The translations under genes and the position numbers were made by a program. Positions 63,961 through 64,000 of a stretch of 64,000 nucleotides of DNA are shown piece after piece. The notes beneath the pieces are model-generated. The model was not told where the DNA came from. It did not search any database and saw only the letters and a list, made by a program, of their open reading frames with translations. Positions within the stretch are counted from its first letter, which is position 1, and each line of letters opens with the position of its first letter. Source of the stretch: Leucoraja ocellata (Eukaryota); NCBI GenBank assembly GCA_036785375.1, contig JAWMAR010000033.1, positions 3,224,001 to 3,288,000 on the forward strand, given 5' to 3'.

Positions 63961-64000
63961 TCTGATGAGGTGAGGAGGTGATGGGTCTTAGGTTACAGGC

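Overview
Vertebrate genomic DNA, almost certainly from a cartilaginous fish (skate/ray-like, judged from its V-SINE/HE1-type, CR1 and Penelope repeats). It is AT-rich and repeat-dense, with one 399-N gap (9498-9896). The only recognisable host gene is the 5' part of PEBP4 on the + strand. A CpG-rich promoter and probable exon 1 lie at about 10370-10624, and coding exons lie at 13746-13873, 17379-17511 and 63065-63163, with a GC-AG intron 2 and a 45.5-kb intron 3; the gene continues past the window end. The spliced translation is [120 protein letters not shown]. None of these exons appears in the ORF track. The promoter looks bidirectional, with a minus-strand TATA box and a short exon ending in a donor. 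The rest is mobile DNA: Penelope-like elements whose termini carry minimal hammerhead ribozyme motifs, CR1, Rex1/Babar, Crack/L2 and RTE LINE fragments, V-SINEs, non-autonomous Helitrons, Harbinger-like and hAT MITEs, a Tc1 mini-element, a non-coding LINE-tailed retroposon family and an LTR-like E2F/NF-Y/TATA cassette. There are also a few candidate enhancers and CTCF sites. I found no wholly new system. Family names come from recognised motifs rather than database searches, and boundaries of old repeats are approximate.
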